A program made the translations under genes and the position numbers. Below, piece by piece: positions 32,445 through 40,849 of a stretch of 43,042 bases of DNA (position 1 is the stretch's first letter; each line of letters begins with the position of its first letter). The DNA is from a virus. The stretch covers positions 1-43,042 of the IMG/VR virus record IMGVR_UViG_3300009413_000016; one strand, written 5' to 3'. Below the pieces are notes generated by a model that searched no databases, was not told the origin of the DNA, and saw nothing but the letters and a program-made list of their open reading frames with translations.

Positions 32445-33421
32445 TGTTTAATTTAGTAAAAAAGATGGTAACTGAGCTTCAAGGCCATCCGGCTCCAGAA
32501 AAGCCAATTGCTCTTAGTAATGACGAATACGAGTTTCGGCTCATTGCCTTTGAAGAAGAAATCAATGAATACTCGGATGGGCATGTTACTGACAATTTAG
32601 AAGAACAACTTGATGCTCTTGTAGATTTAGTTGTCTTCGCTATGGGAGCTGCGGCAATTCAAGGTTTCGACTTTGAAGCAGCTTTCAAACGCGTAATGAA
32701 TGCTAACTTGGATAAACGAGTTGGCATAACCAAACGCGGTCATGCTAATGACCTGATGAAGCCGGCTTATTGGCGCGCTCCGTATCTCGGTGATTTGATT
32801 GACAAGCAGACTGAGAAAAAAGGCATCATCATTCTTGAAGGCCCAGACGGTGCAGGTAAAACTACGTTGGCCGAGTTCCTTAAAAAAGAATATGGCGCTT
32901 ATGTGATGCATTCTACGTGGTCTCCAGAGCTTGAAGCTGATATGGAAAAATACATGGAAATCACTACGCGTATGGCTCTGGAAATTTCGCAGAATCAACT
33001 TGTGGTTCTTGACAGACATTGGCTAAGCGAGTTGGTCTATTCTGATGTATTTCGTGGCGGTCATAACCGCACGGGTATGTATTTTGAAAGCCATAAAGCT
33101 CTTATTGGCGGAATTCATACTAAGAATAAGCTCGTAATATGCTTGCCAGATGTAGAAAAAGCTAAATTACATTTTGCGCGTTTAAAAGAGCAGCGCGAAG
33201 AAATGTATAGTAATATAAACGGCGTTATTCATGCGTACGGCGCAATATGCGATAATTCATGTTCTCATCATTTTAAAAACGAAAATGAAGAATATCTGCA
33301 AATGTGCCTAAATGGAGGTTTAACTCGCCGCCCAGACCGATGCATCCGCTATAATTGGATGGAGCAAGGCCACGACATGAAACAATTCTGCGAAACATAT
33401 TTATTTGGAGATAATCAATGA
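32444..33421 (+). CDS. fusion protein: all-alpha MazG-like NTP pyrophosphohydrolase domain (N-terminal) plus thymidylate-kinase-like P-loop kinase (C-terminal)
   Basis: N-terminal EEINEY...EEQLDALVDLVVFAMG...RVMNANLDKR. C-terminal ILEGPDGAGKTTLAEFL and VVLDRHWLSELVY. TAATG overlap upstream and ATGA overlap downstream. Confidence 0.7.
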   Translation: MFNLVKKMVTELQGHPAPEKPIALSNDEYEFRLIAFEEEINEYSDGHVTDNLEEQLDALVDLVVFAMGAAAIQGFDFEAAFKRVMNANLDKRVGITKRGHANDLMKPAYWRAPYLGDLIDKQTEKKGIIILEGPDGAGKTTLAEFLKKEYGAYVMHSTWSPELEADMEKYMEITTRMALEISQNQLVVLDRHWLSELVYSDVFRGGHNRTGMYFESHKALIGGIHTKNKLVICLPDVEKAKLHFARLKEQREEMYSNINGVIHAYGAICDNSCSHHFKNENEEYLQMCLNGGLTRRPDRCIRYNWMEQGHDMKQFCETYLFGDNQ

Positions 33422-34239
33422 TTCGTTTTCAACGTACTACCACAGATACCTGGCTGAGTCTTCTAGATAGTATTATGACTCATGGCCGAAAAGTCAGTCC
33501 ACGGGGTCAAGATACTTTGGAAATGATTAGTTGCACTTCTGAAGTGGATATGAATACTCCAATCGTTTCAAGCTTCGTAAGAAATATTAATACCAAGTTT
33601 TTATTTGGTGAAGCATGGTGGATTCTGTCCGGCAGTAATCGCGTATCTGACATCACTCCTTATCTTAAAAACATTGCCCAGTTTAGCGATGACGGTATTA
33701 CATTTAATGGCGCTTACGGCCCTAAGGTTATTGACCAACTACCTTATGCGCTAAAATGCCTCGTTGATGATGAATGTAGCCGCCAAGCGGTTATTAGTAT
33801 CTGGCGCGAGAAACCGGCTCCGTCCAAAGATATTCCATGCACATTGTCACTGCAGTTCTTTATCAGAGATGGTAAACTCCACACTCAAGCGAACATGCGT
33901 TCTTCTGACGCATGGTTAGGTTGGGTTTATGACGTGTTCAACTTTTCTATGATTTCAGCTTGGTTAGCGATTGCACTTCGCAGGCATGAAAAATATAAAG
34001 CGTTGACCTTAGGCGAACTTTATTTAACCGCTGGCTCTCAGCATCTTTATATGCGAAATAAAGATAAAGCCGTTGAAGCACTCGACATCATTTTTGAAAA
34101 TCATGTAGACGTCAATCCAATTAAACTGTCATGGTATACTCATCCTGAAGAGCTAGTTACAGACTTACGTCTTGCGGCGAATGACACTCCAGGTTCTCGG
34201 ATTATTTCTATGGTTGAAAATATGCGGAGTCCAAAATAA
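33418..34239 (+). CDS. thymidylate synthase homologue, predicted deoxycytidylate C5-hydroxymethylase (or methylase)
   Basis: Catalytic Cys in IPCTLSLQFFIRDGKL. NMRSSDAWLGWVYDVFNF has Asp where ThyA has Asn177 (RSCDVFLGLPFNIASY). GSQHLY motif present. Confidence 0.7.
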   Translation: MIRFQRTTTDTWLSLLDSIMTHGRKVSPRGQDTLEMISCTSEVDMNTPIVSSFVRNINTKFLFGEAWWILSGSNRVSDITPYLKNIAQFSDDGITFNGAYGPKVIDQLPYALKCLVDDECSRQAVISIWREKPAPSKDIPCTLSLQFFIRDGKLHTQANMRSSDAWLGWVYDVFNFSMISAWLAIALRRHEKYKALTLGELYLTAGSQHLYMRNKDKAVEALDIIFENHVDVNPIKLSWYTHPEELVTDLRLAANDTPGSRIISMVENMRSPK

Positions 34240-34673
34240 TGCGTAAATCCAAGCTTCAATATTTTATTGACTTGGCGAAACTTGTGTCTTCTAGAGCCTC
34301 GTGTTCTAGAAGACAAGTGGGTTGCGTTTTAGTTGATGAACATGACCATGTACTTTCTACTGGATACAATGGTCCACCTAAAGGTATTCCTAATTGCACC
34401 GATAAGCCTTGCGCAGGAGCCCATCTTCCATCAGGTCAAGGGCTAGACGTTTGCCAAGCGGTACACGCGGAGATGAATGCGGTTATCCAATGTAAAGACG
34501 TGCACGCTATTACCAAAGCATACGTAACTACAGCGCCGTGTTTGCATTGCCTGAAAGTTTTGGCTAATACCTCTTGCCAAGAGATTTTATTCGTTGATGA
34601 TTACCCAGGAAGCGAGCGGTCAAAAGATATGTGGGAAATGATAGGCAGAAAATGGACGCGAGTTATACAATAA
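34239..34673 (+). CDS. dCMP deaminase
   Basis: Zinc motifs HAEMNAV and PCLHCLK; TAATG overlap with the upstream gene. Confidence 0.85.
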   Translation: MRKSKLQYFIDLAKLVSSRASCSRRQVGCVLVDEHDHVLSTGYNGPPKGIPNCTDKPCAGAHLPSGQGLDVCQAVHAEMNAVIQCKDVHAITKAYVTTAPCLHCLKVLANTSCQEILFVDDYPGSERSKDMWEMIGRKWTRVIQ

Positions 34674-34703
34674 TACTAAATAGGGTTAACCGAGAGGACA
34701 TAT

Positions 34704-34735
34704 CTAGCCTGTAGATGATAATACCTACAGGCTAG
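34704..34735. terminator. bidirectional terminator hairpin where the two genome arms converge
   Basis: Perfect 11-bp stem CTAGCCTGTAG / CTACAGGCTAG with a 10-nt loop, between convergent genes. Confidence 0.7.
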
Positions 34736-34761
34736 ACCTTAAGAACGCGATACGGTTAATC

Positions 34762-35274
34762 CTATTTATCCCACCGACCGATTATCTTGTCAAATTGCTT
34801 ACTAGTTCTTGCCGCAAAATACCATCCTACCGCCGTAGCGGTTAATCCCGTGACAGATAGCACCACGACTCGGTACAAATCCAAAACTTCAGATGGCGGC
34901 AATACTTCTAAACCTCCAGTGATTTCTTCAAGCGAACTTAAAATTCGATAAGTTTGGTAAAACAGGATAATCAGTACCAGCGGTCTGACGCAAGACTTGA
35001 CGTATTCCGAAAAATCCGTTTTTGACTTCTGGCTTTCCGTAAACGCTTTTGTTTCTTCCTTTTCAATGTCAAGTTCTCCGGCTACACGAGTTTCCTCGAT
35101 TTTAGCTTCTGATAATCGAATCTGAGAGTCAGTAGTAGCTTCGAGCATATCCACTTTATGGTTAAACTTCATCTGCATATTGGCCCTTTCTTCGCGTTTA
35201 GTGAGGTATCCGAAGACACCTCCAAGCAAAGAGCCAAAACCCGCAGAGCCCAAAATATCAAGGATTATATCCAT
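34762..35274 (-). CDS. holin candidate (three predicted transmembrane segments)
   Basis: 170 aa. An N-terminal hydrophobic helix, a charged coiled middle and two C-terminal helices. GGAGGA RBS. Lies immediately after the endolysin gene. Confidence 0.6.
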   Translation of the reverse strand: MDIILDILGSAGFGSLLGGVFGYLTKREERANMQMKFNHKVDMLEATTDSQIRLSEAKIEETRVAGELDIEKEETKAFTESQKSKTDFSEYVKSCVRPLVLIILFYQTYRILSSLEEITGGLEVLPPSEVLDLYRVVVLSVTGLTATAVGWYFAARTSKQFDKIIGRWDK

Positions 35275-35277
35275 GAT

Positions 35278-35697
35278 TTAATCCTCCAGTTGAATATGCG
35301 GGCAATCCCAACCATATTCAATGCCCTCTACTTTTTTACCGTTGCGGTTGCTCCATAAGCCGCCCCACGATATTCGATAGCCTAGCTGGCTTGCAGCCTG
35401 TAAAAATGCGCACGCAACCATTGCTAGATGTGGCTCATGCCAACTTGCCTGCCCATCTACATACGCATAGAAATCTAAAGCTTTACCAGTTTGGTGATAT
35501 GATTTGCGATTATAACCGTCTAAATCGCTTTTACCTTCCTGATATAACTCATTTTGCAATTCAGCAGAGCGGTTGCCCGCGTACCGACCATGGCCAAAGT
35601 CTACACGTGTAATTTGTATGGCCAGGTCACTAATTTCGATAAGGCGCGAATCTACACCTTCTCGATTTTGCTTTGAGTTTTGTGATAGTTTGTACAT
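35278..35697 (-). CDS. endolysin, M15-family L-alanyl-D-glutamate peptidase (VanY-like)
   Basis: SYHQTGKALD (SxHxxGxAxD) and C-terminal WDCPH motifs; 139 aa. Confidence 0.75.
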   Translation of the reverse strand: MYKLSQNSKQNREGVDSRLIEISDLAIQITRVDFGHGRYAGNRSAELQNELYQEGKSDLDGYNRKSYHQTGKALDFYAYVDGQASWHEPHLAMVACAFLQAASQLGYRISWGGLWSNRNGKKVEGIEYGWDCPHIQLED

Positions 35698-35796
35698 ATT
35701 TACCTCTTAAAATATTAGCGGCGCCATTACTGCGCCACCCGCGGGAGACTAATCGGGTACAGCCACTCAGTTAGTATGCTGGTAAAGCCCATAAAA

Positions 35797-37830
35797 TCAA
35801 TATCCGTTAACAACTAAATAAAATCCAGTATCTATTAACGCGTTAGACAGGTCACGAGTCTGCACAGTGACCGTCGTCCCGCTGGACGTCGCATACCCAA
35901 TAGTTCCCGACCCTTTAAACGTAACGGCAGGCACAAGTATGGACGCGTTCGTATCGAGCTCAACTTCGACGACACCTTGTGCGGTCCGATTTACCGATAC
36001 TATCGCGACGCCTGAGCTAAGCGTCGCAGTGCCGTTATTATTTACATTCGCATACGCAATGGTCTGCAGCAAAAACCCTGAATCGTTAACGAGATTTGCG
36101 GGCGATAGAGACTCGTCGACGTCACCGATAAAGCTATTCGACGTGCCTAACTTACACCCGAAGCCAGGGTCCGGCGCAACGTTCGCAATTGCGACCATTG
36201 TAGCACCTATCGATGAGGACTGCCTGAATATATTGTCGTCAATATTCGCGTACTGAGTCGCGGCGGCGAGGTTAACGCCGTAGCACACACCTTTCGTCGT
36301 CTCGCGGGTATTTGCGAAAATGTTATCTTTTACGTTTGCGTTAAAAACGCTGCTTTGAAAGTGCACGCACCTACCTAACGAGTCAGTTATCGTGTTACCT
36401 AATATATTCAGCCGGTCTATAAAACTAGGCACTATGCCGCCGTCTTTAGAGTCTAGGCCAAAGCCCTCTATATAGTTACCTTCGACTGTTATATCTTCGC
36501 CGATGTTTTCTAAAGTAGCGTCGTGCGCAAACACCGCGATACCTGCGCGGTGCAGTTCGGTGTTAGACGGCCCCGCCAGTATAACGTTGCCTTTAATAAG
36601 CAGTCTGCGCGGCGGCGCGTAACCGTCAGCAGCAGTGTAGCCGCCTTTATCAATTCCCACCCCGATATGAGCATTAAAGATTACGTTATCGACAAAAGAA
36701 ATATCAGTCCCACCGTGCGTGTCCAGCGCCTTCCAGTTTGCACAGTTGTTTACGATGTTACGCGCGATTATGCCGCGCCGCGTAGGACGGTAATCGTCAA
36801 CGCTGCCGTCGCCTGCGGTGCTGTGGTATATGCGCGTTGCTGTAATCCCGTAAACGTTGTTGTTAGGCGCAATGCCCTCGCCAGGGAACCCGTCAGTCAT
36901 GTCCTCGACGAAGTTTTCGGACACATCAAAATCAATACATCCATACATGCGTATGCCGTCACGCGTGCAGTTTGTGATGTGATTACCCTTCGCCCTGAAC
37001 TCTGTTATGTTGTCGGCAATAATGCCGGACTGACCGAACCCGGATATTCTACAATTAAGTATTTCAATATTCGTGTTTAGGCTTGTTGGTGTAACGTCGG
37101 GTGACGCAGGGTAGTTGCCGTTATCATAGAAGTACTCGTCATAGCGACCTTCTACCGCAATGCCTATTGACCGATAAACAGGCGACGTCGAACCGCCGTA
37201 AAACGGTCCGCGAATATCAAGGCCTTTAATCCTTACATTGTCCGCGTTTTTAAGTATTTTTAAACCGGCGTACTCCGTACCCGTCGAAATGGTCGCGGCG
37301 TTGTCAAAGTCTTCCTGTAAAATAACCGAACCGCTCTCGCCGTAAATACGTTTATTGCTTGGTACTTCGGGCGCGGAGACGACTTTATACACTCCTTTGG
37401 GAATAAGTACATTGTCATGTGCGTTGATAGCCGCCTGTATCGCGGCACTGTCGTCTGTAACCCCGTCACCAACGGCGCCAAATAATTGAGGCGTAGCAAA
37501 CGGGCCGACGCGCCTCCATGGATAACCACTTAAAGGGTTGTTACCGCTATTGTCGTCTTCCATTGAAACATAAAGGTCACCAGATATATTAACAATCGAA
37601 CCAATATAATAGTCTTCATCGGGGTTGTATTCGGCTACCCCTTTTTGCGCCAGATAAGCTAGGCCACGAGTAAAATGACGCTGCAAATAGTTAAAGTTTT
37701 GATAAGTTGGAACTTCAGCGACCCAGCCTGCGTCAAATTTACCCGGGGTAGTTACATCTGGGTCTTCAACATTTGCGACTGGAGCGCCTGACGCCCATAT
37801 TCTTTCTAAGTCTGGTCTTTCAATTAGCAT
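35797..37830 (-). CDS. tailspike / receptor-binding protein with a pectate-lyase-like right-handed beta-helix (probable polysaccharide depolymerase)
   Basis: 677 aa. FGAVGDGVTDDSAAIQAAI motif and repeated N..I.N/G beta-helix rungs. Last structural gene after the baseplate. Confidence 0.75.
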   Translation of the reverse strand: MLIERPDLERIWASGAPVANVEDPDVTTPGKFDAGWVAEVPTYQNFNYLQRHFTRGLAYLAQKGVAEYNPDEDYYIGSIVNISGDLYVSMEDDNSGNNPLSGYPWRRVGPFATPQLFGAVGDGVTDDSAAIQAAINAHDNVLIPKGVYKVVSAPEVPSNKRIYGESGSVILQEDFDNAATISTGTEYAGLKILKNADNVRIKGLDIRGPFYGGSTSPVYRSIGIAVEGRYDEYFYDNGNYPASPDVTPTSLNTNIEILNCRISGFGQSGIIADNITEFRAKGNHITNCTRDGIRMYGCIDFDVSENFVEDMTDGFPGEGIAPNNNVYGITATRIYHSTAGDGSVDDYRPTRRGIIARNIVNNCANWKALDTHGGTDISFVDNVIFNAHIGVGIDKGGYTAADGYAPPRRLLIKGNVILAGPSNTELHRAGIAVFAHDATLENIGEDITVEGNYIEGFGLDSKDGGIVPSFIDRLNILGNTITDSLGRCVHFQSSVFNANVKDNIFANTRETTKGVCYGVNLAAATQYANIDDNIFRQSSSIGATMVAIANVAPDPGFGCKLGTSNSFIGDVDESLSPANLVNDSGFLLQTIAYANVNNNGTATLSSGVAIVSVNRTAQGVVEVELDTNASILVPAVTFKGSGTIGYATSSGTTVTVQTRDLSNALIDTGFYLVVNGY

Positions 37831-37841
37831 AATTTTGCCTT

Positions 37842-38543
37842 TTATAGTAATTCACCAAAATACCCGCCTATATCAGGGGATGTTGTACTTCCAAAACCTT
37901 TTGAATTTAAAACTCCTTTGAATCCAAAAAATCTATTATAATCATATGAAGCTTTATAGTTAACCGATACTCCTGCTGTTTTGGAAATAATATCTGTATT
38001 ATTTAGCAGAGAAATATCATTTCTATTTAACTTTTTACCAATTGAAATAGTATATTCAGTATCGCCATCTTCAAATATAACTTGAGGCGCATCAAATAAA
38101 TACTGGTATTGCGCAATAATATCTTCTGGCGTAGATTTTGATATATTTTTTATAATTCTTGCTTTAATAAATAAACGGTATTCATCGTCTGTTAATCTCC
38201 TGTTACCCGTTAAAATAGTATCAAGCGAAGCAAAAGGAGAACCTAAAGAAGCATTATTTATATCACCAAACGAGTCAGAACTAGGATGACCTAAAAAACC
38301 AAAATAAGTAAATATATTACCTTCAATAATAACTCTAGATTGGCCTACGATTGCTCCAAGAATATCTAGCTGATATCCTTCGGCAGTTTCAATCCATCGC
38401 TCATTTAATAAATCTTGAAAAACTTGTTCTAAATTTTCTGACTCTGATAAAAAATTAGAGATGTACGCTATAAGATTAGGAGATTCTTTAAACTGAGTTA
38501 CTAGCCTAGATAACGCTTTTTCTATGTGATTTACAGTTTGCAT
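37842..38543 (-). CDS. baseplate wedge / tail-fibre adaptor protein (Mu gp48 / P2 gpI position)
   Basis: 233 aa, directly after the gpJ-like gene. Assigned by position. Confidence 0.5.
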   Translation of the reverse strand: MQTVNHIEKALSRLVTQFKESPNLIAYISNFLSESENLEQVFQDLLNERWIETAEGYQLDILGAIVGQSRVIIEGNIFTYFGFLGHPSSDSFGDINNASLGSPFASLDTILTGNRRLTDDEYRLFIKARIIKNISKSTPEDIIAQYQYLFDAPQVIFEDGDTEYTISIGKKLNRNDISLLNNTDIISKTAGVSVNYKASYDYNRFFGFKGVLNSKGFGSTTSPDIGGYFGELL

Positions 38544-38545
38544 CG

Positions 38546-39712
38546 CTAAATCACCTCAATATTATCGACTAAGAAATTAGAAATTTCGCCAATATCGATT
38601 ATAATGTTTGATTGAGAAGTAGGAACGGGTGAAATGCTTATGTATAGTTCATCAATCTGATGGCCTACAATGCTGTTAATTGGAGTATAAAGCTCAGAAA
38701 ATATAACGTCATCTCCTAATCCAAATCCGCGCCCATTTACTAAATCTCCATTGGCGTAATCGACAATAGCTTGTTTAATTAAGTCATCGCCGTTAGCGGG
38801 ATAATTAGAGAATTTAGTAAGCTGAACTTGAACATAAATATCTATGGTATCAGGTCTAGAAAAATTAATCGTATGAAGCAAACCTTGTGAGTCAGAAATT
38901 ACTACGGATTCGTCTCCAAAAGAGGTTATACCCGCTGGTTTATTCAGCCATATTGCATTAGCTATATCTTCATCTAACCCACCTACTACAATTACTTGAA
39001 CCGAGTGTGGGGGCAATCCATTTGCGTCAATTATATCTGTGTCATTCTCAAGTACTGTTACTTGCGTAACAAATTCTAAGTTTGAAATTACCGCGTAAAG
39101 AGAATCTACAGTAGATTGCGCGCTGATAGCTAATGAGCGCAGGCGTCTTGCTCTAAGTTCTACGTCCGTTTCACGCTCAGAACCCACGTTTGCGTCTTCA
39201 ATATTAGTAACAGCGTTTAGCCCAGTAATTGGTGTTTCTATTTCCGTAAGAGTTCCAGCCGACGCCTCTATAACGCCAGTATTTAGTGCCGTTGCTGTTA
39301 CGTTGATAGAACCACCCGAGATAGTAACAGCGCTATCGGTAGCAAATTGCTCTTGCGAAGTGACATGGCTTACTAATGTTCCAGCGGGTATTGATGTTCC
39401 ATCGGTACCTGTGAAGGTTAAAGTGGCTACAGAGCTTGAAGCTTCATTTCGCGTTATTCCATTAATCTGCACAAGGTTACTAAGTGCTGCTCCTGTAGCC
39501 GCAGATGGATTAAAAGCGTTATATGCCCCTTCAGCAATTTCCCATAAATCACTAAAAGAACCAGCAAGTAAACCTATAATTTGCCCGTCAGGAGATTCAG
39601 GAGAAACATTAAGATTATTACCATATACAGAGCGAAATAGCGTTTCTAAGTCTGATTTGATTTCGTCAAGACGTTTTCTTTTAAAACCTGTTAATGTGAT
39701 TCCACTAGACAT
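38546..39712 (-). CDS. baseplate J-like protein
   Basis: 388 aa. Position and sequence resemble P2 gpJ / Mu gp47 (recollection). Confidence 0.7.
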   Translation of the reverse strand: MSSGITLTGFKRKRLDEIKSDLETLFRSVYGNNLNVSPESPDGQIIGLLAGSFSDLWEIAEGAYNAFNPSAATGAALSNLVQINGITRNEASSSVATLTFTGTDGTSIPAGTLVSHVTSQEQFATDSAVTISGGSINVTATALNTGVIEASAGTLTEIETPITGLNAVTNIEDANVGSERETDVELRARRLRSLAISAQSTVDSLYAVISNLEFVTQVTVLENDTDIIDANGLPPHSVQVIVVGGLDEDIANAIWLNKPAGITSFGDESVVISDSQGLLHTINFSRPDTIDIYVQVQLTKFSNYPANGDDLIKQAIVDYANGDLVNGRGFGLGDDVIFSELYTPINSIVGHQIDELYISISPVPTSQSNIIIDIGEISNFLVDNIEVI

Positions 39713-40067
39713 TTACGTATATCTCCTCTTGGTCTAATACGCCAAAATCAGTAGTGGCAGAAAAAGCAACTGTCAATATCCGCGTATTTCTATTTAATGA
39801 TAATTCGAATTCGGTCAATTCGGTAACGCCTGGAGTAGAGCGTATTCTGTTTTTAATTAACGTTTCTACTCGGCTTAAATCCACCGGTCTAACAAAAACC
39901 TCGTCAAACCACGGTGTGCCTGAATTAGTATTTAAAAACCATTCGCGTATATAAAACAATAATCGAGTACGAATATGCTGCGCTACTTCTTCGCCTTCAT
40001 TTACTGTTGCAAAAGAGCCATTAACAAGAACTAAATCATTATTTTTATCTAAAGCTTTGCTTATCAT
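39705..40067 (-). CDS. baseplate wedge protein (gp25 / gpW-like)
   Basis: 120 aa, between the spike and gpJ-like genes. Confidence 0.55.
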   Translation of the reverse strand: MISKALDKNNDLVLVNGSFATVNEGEEVAQHIRTRLLFYIREWFLNTNSGTPWFDEVFVRPVDLSRVETLIKNRIRSTPGVTELTEFELSLNRNTRILTVAFSATTDFGVLDQEEIYVNV

Positions 40068-40849
40068 TGCGGGCCTCCAGTTAATGGGTCGCCATGCGAA
40101 TGTACATGCGAATTACCACTTATACCGTTGCTGTCATGGTCTGCTGCTGAGCTTGTTCCTGTAATATCGATGTTACCATCCACAGAAGCATTAGACTGCA
40201 TAGTTGTTGTTCCAGCTATCGTCGCGTTACCAAGTACGCTTACATCACCTGTAAACTCTGCCAGCGGAGTATCTACGGTGACTTTCGTGGGCGCGGTTAT
40301 TTTAACCTCTTTGCCTTCATTAAGCATCTCTATGACAACCGTTCCAGTGGTCACATTTATGTCTTTATTGGCAAACATCGTAATTGTTTGGTCTTTTTCA
40401 TAATTACGTATTTGCAGGTTTTCAGTATCGTAGTCTGTAACTACTTTAGGTTCAGAACTCATTCCAACTAAGCATATTGCATCAGAAAGAGAATGCATGC
40501 GGTAATTATCAGGTGCTTTGGATTGGCCAGATTTATACCAACCATCGATTGACCTTTCTGAGAATAAAACTAAGCATTCATCATCTACCGCTATAGGAAA
40601 TGTTATACAGAAATTTCCGGCTTTTGGTTGCCATACTACTACATTTATGACTGGCGGAAGGTCAACAGCTGTGTTACCTTTAAAAATTCGCTTTACTAAA
40701 AGCTGAACTGTAGCAATTTGCTTTTCAGCATTAAATTCTACTATTTTACCAGGTAGACACGTATGCACGTTTTTCATGTAATTGGTTATGCCTTGCTTAA
40801 TTAAGCCCGGTAATCCGCCTGTTGATTCATTCGTTCTTTTATCAAGCAC
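40064..40849 (-). CDS. baseplate central spike protein (gpV / Gp138-like)
   Basis: 261 aa. N-terminal OB-like region, then a repetitive beta-helix (VTVDT, VSVLGN, ATIAGT). His-rich apex HVHSHGD. Confidence 0.65.
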   Translation of the reverse strand: MLDKRTNESTGGLPGLIKQGITNYMKNVHTCLPGKIVEFNAEKQIATVQLLVKRIFKGNTAVDLPPVINVVVWQPKAGNFCITFPIAVDDECLVLFSERSIDGWYKSGQSKAPDNYRMHSLSDAICLVGMSSEPKVVTDYDTENLQIRNYEKDQTITMFANKDINVTTGTVVIEMLNEGKEVKITAPTKVTVDTPLAEFTGDVSVLGNATIAGTTTMQSNASVDGNIDITGTSSAADHDSNGISGNSHVHSHGDPLTGGPQ

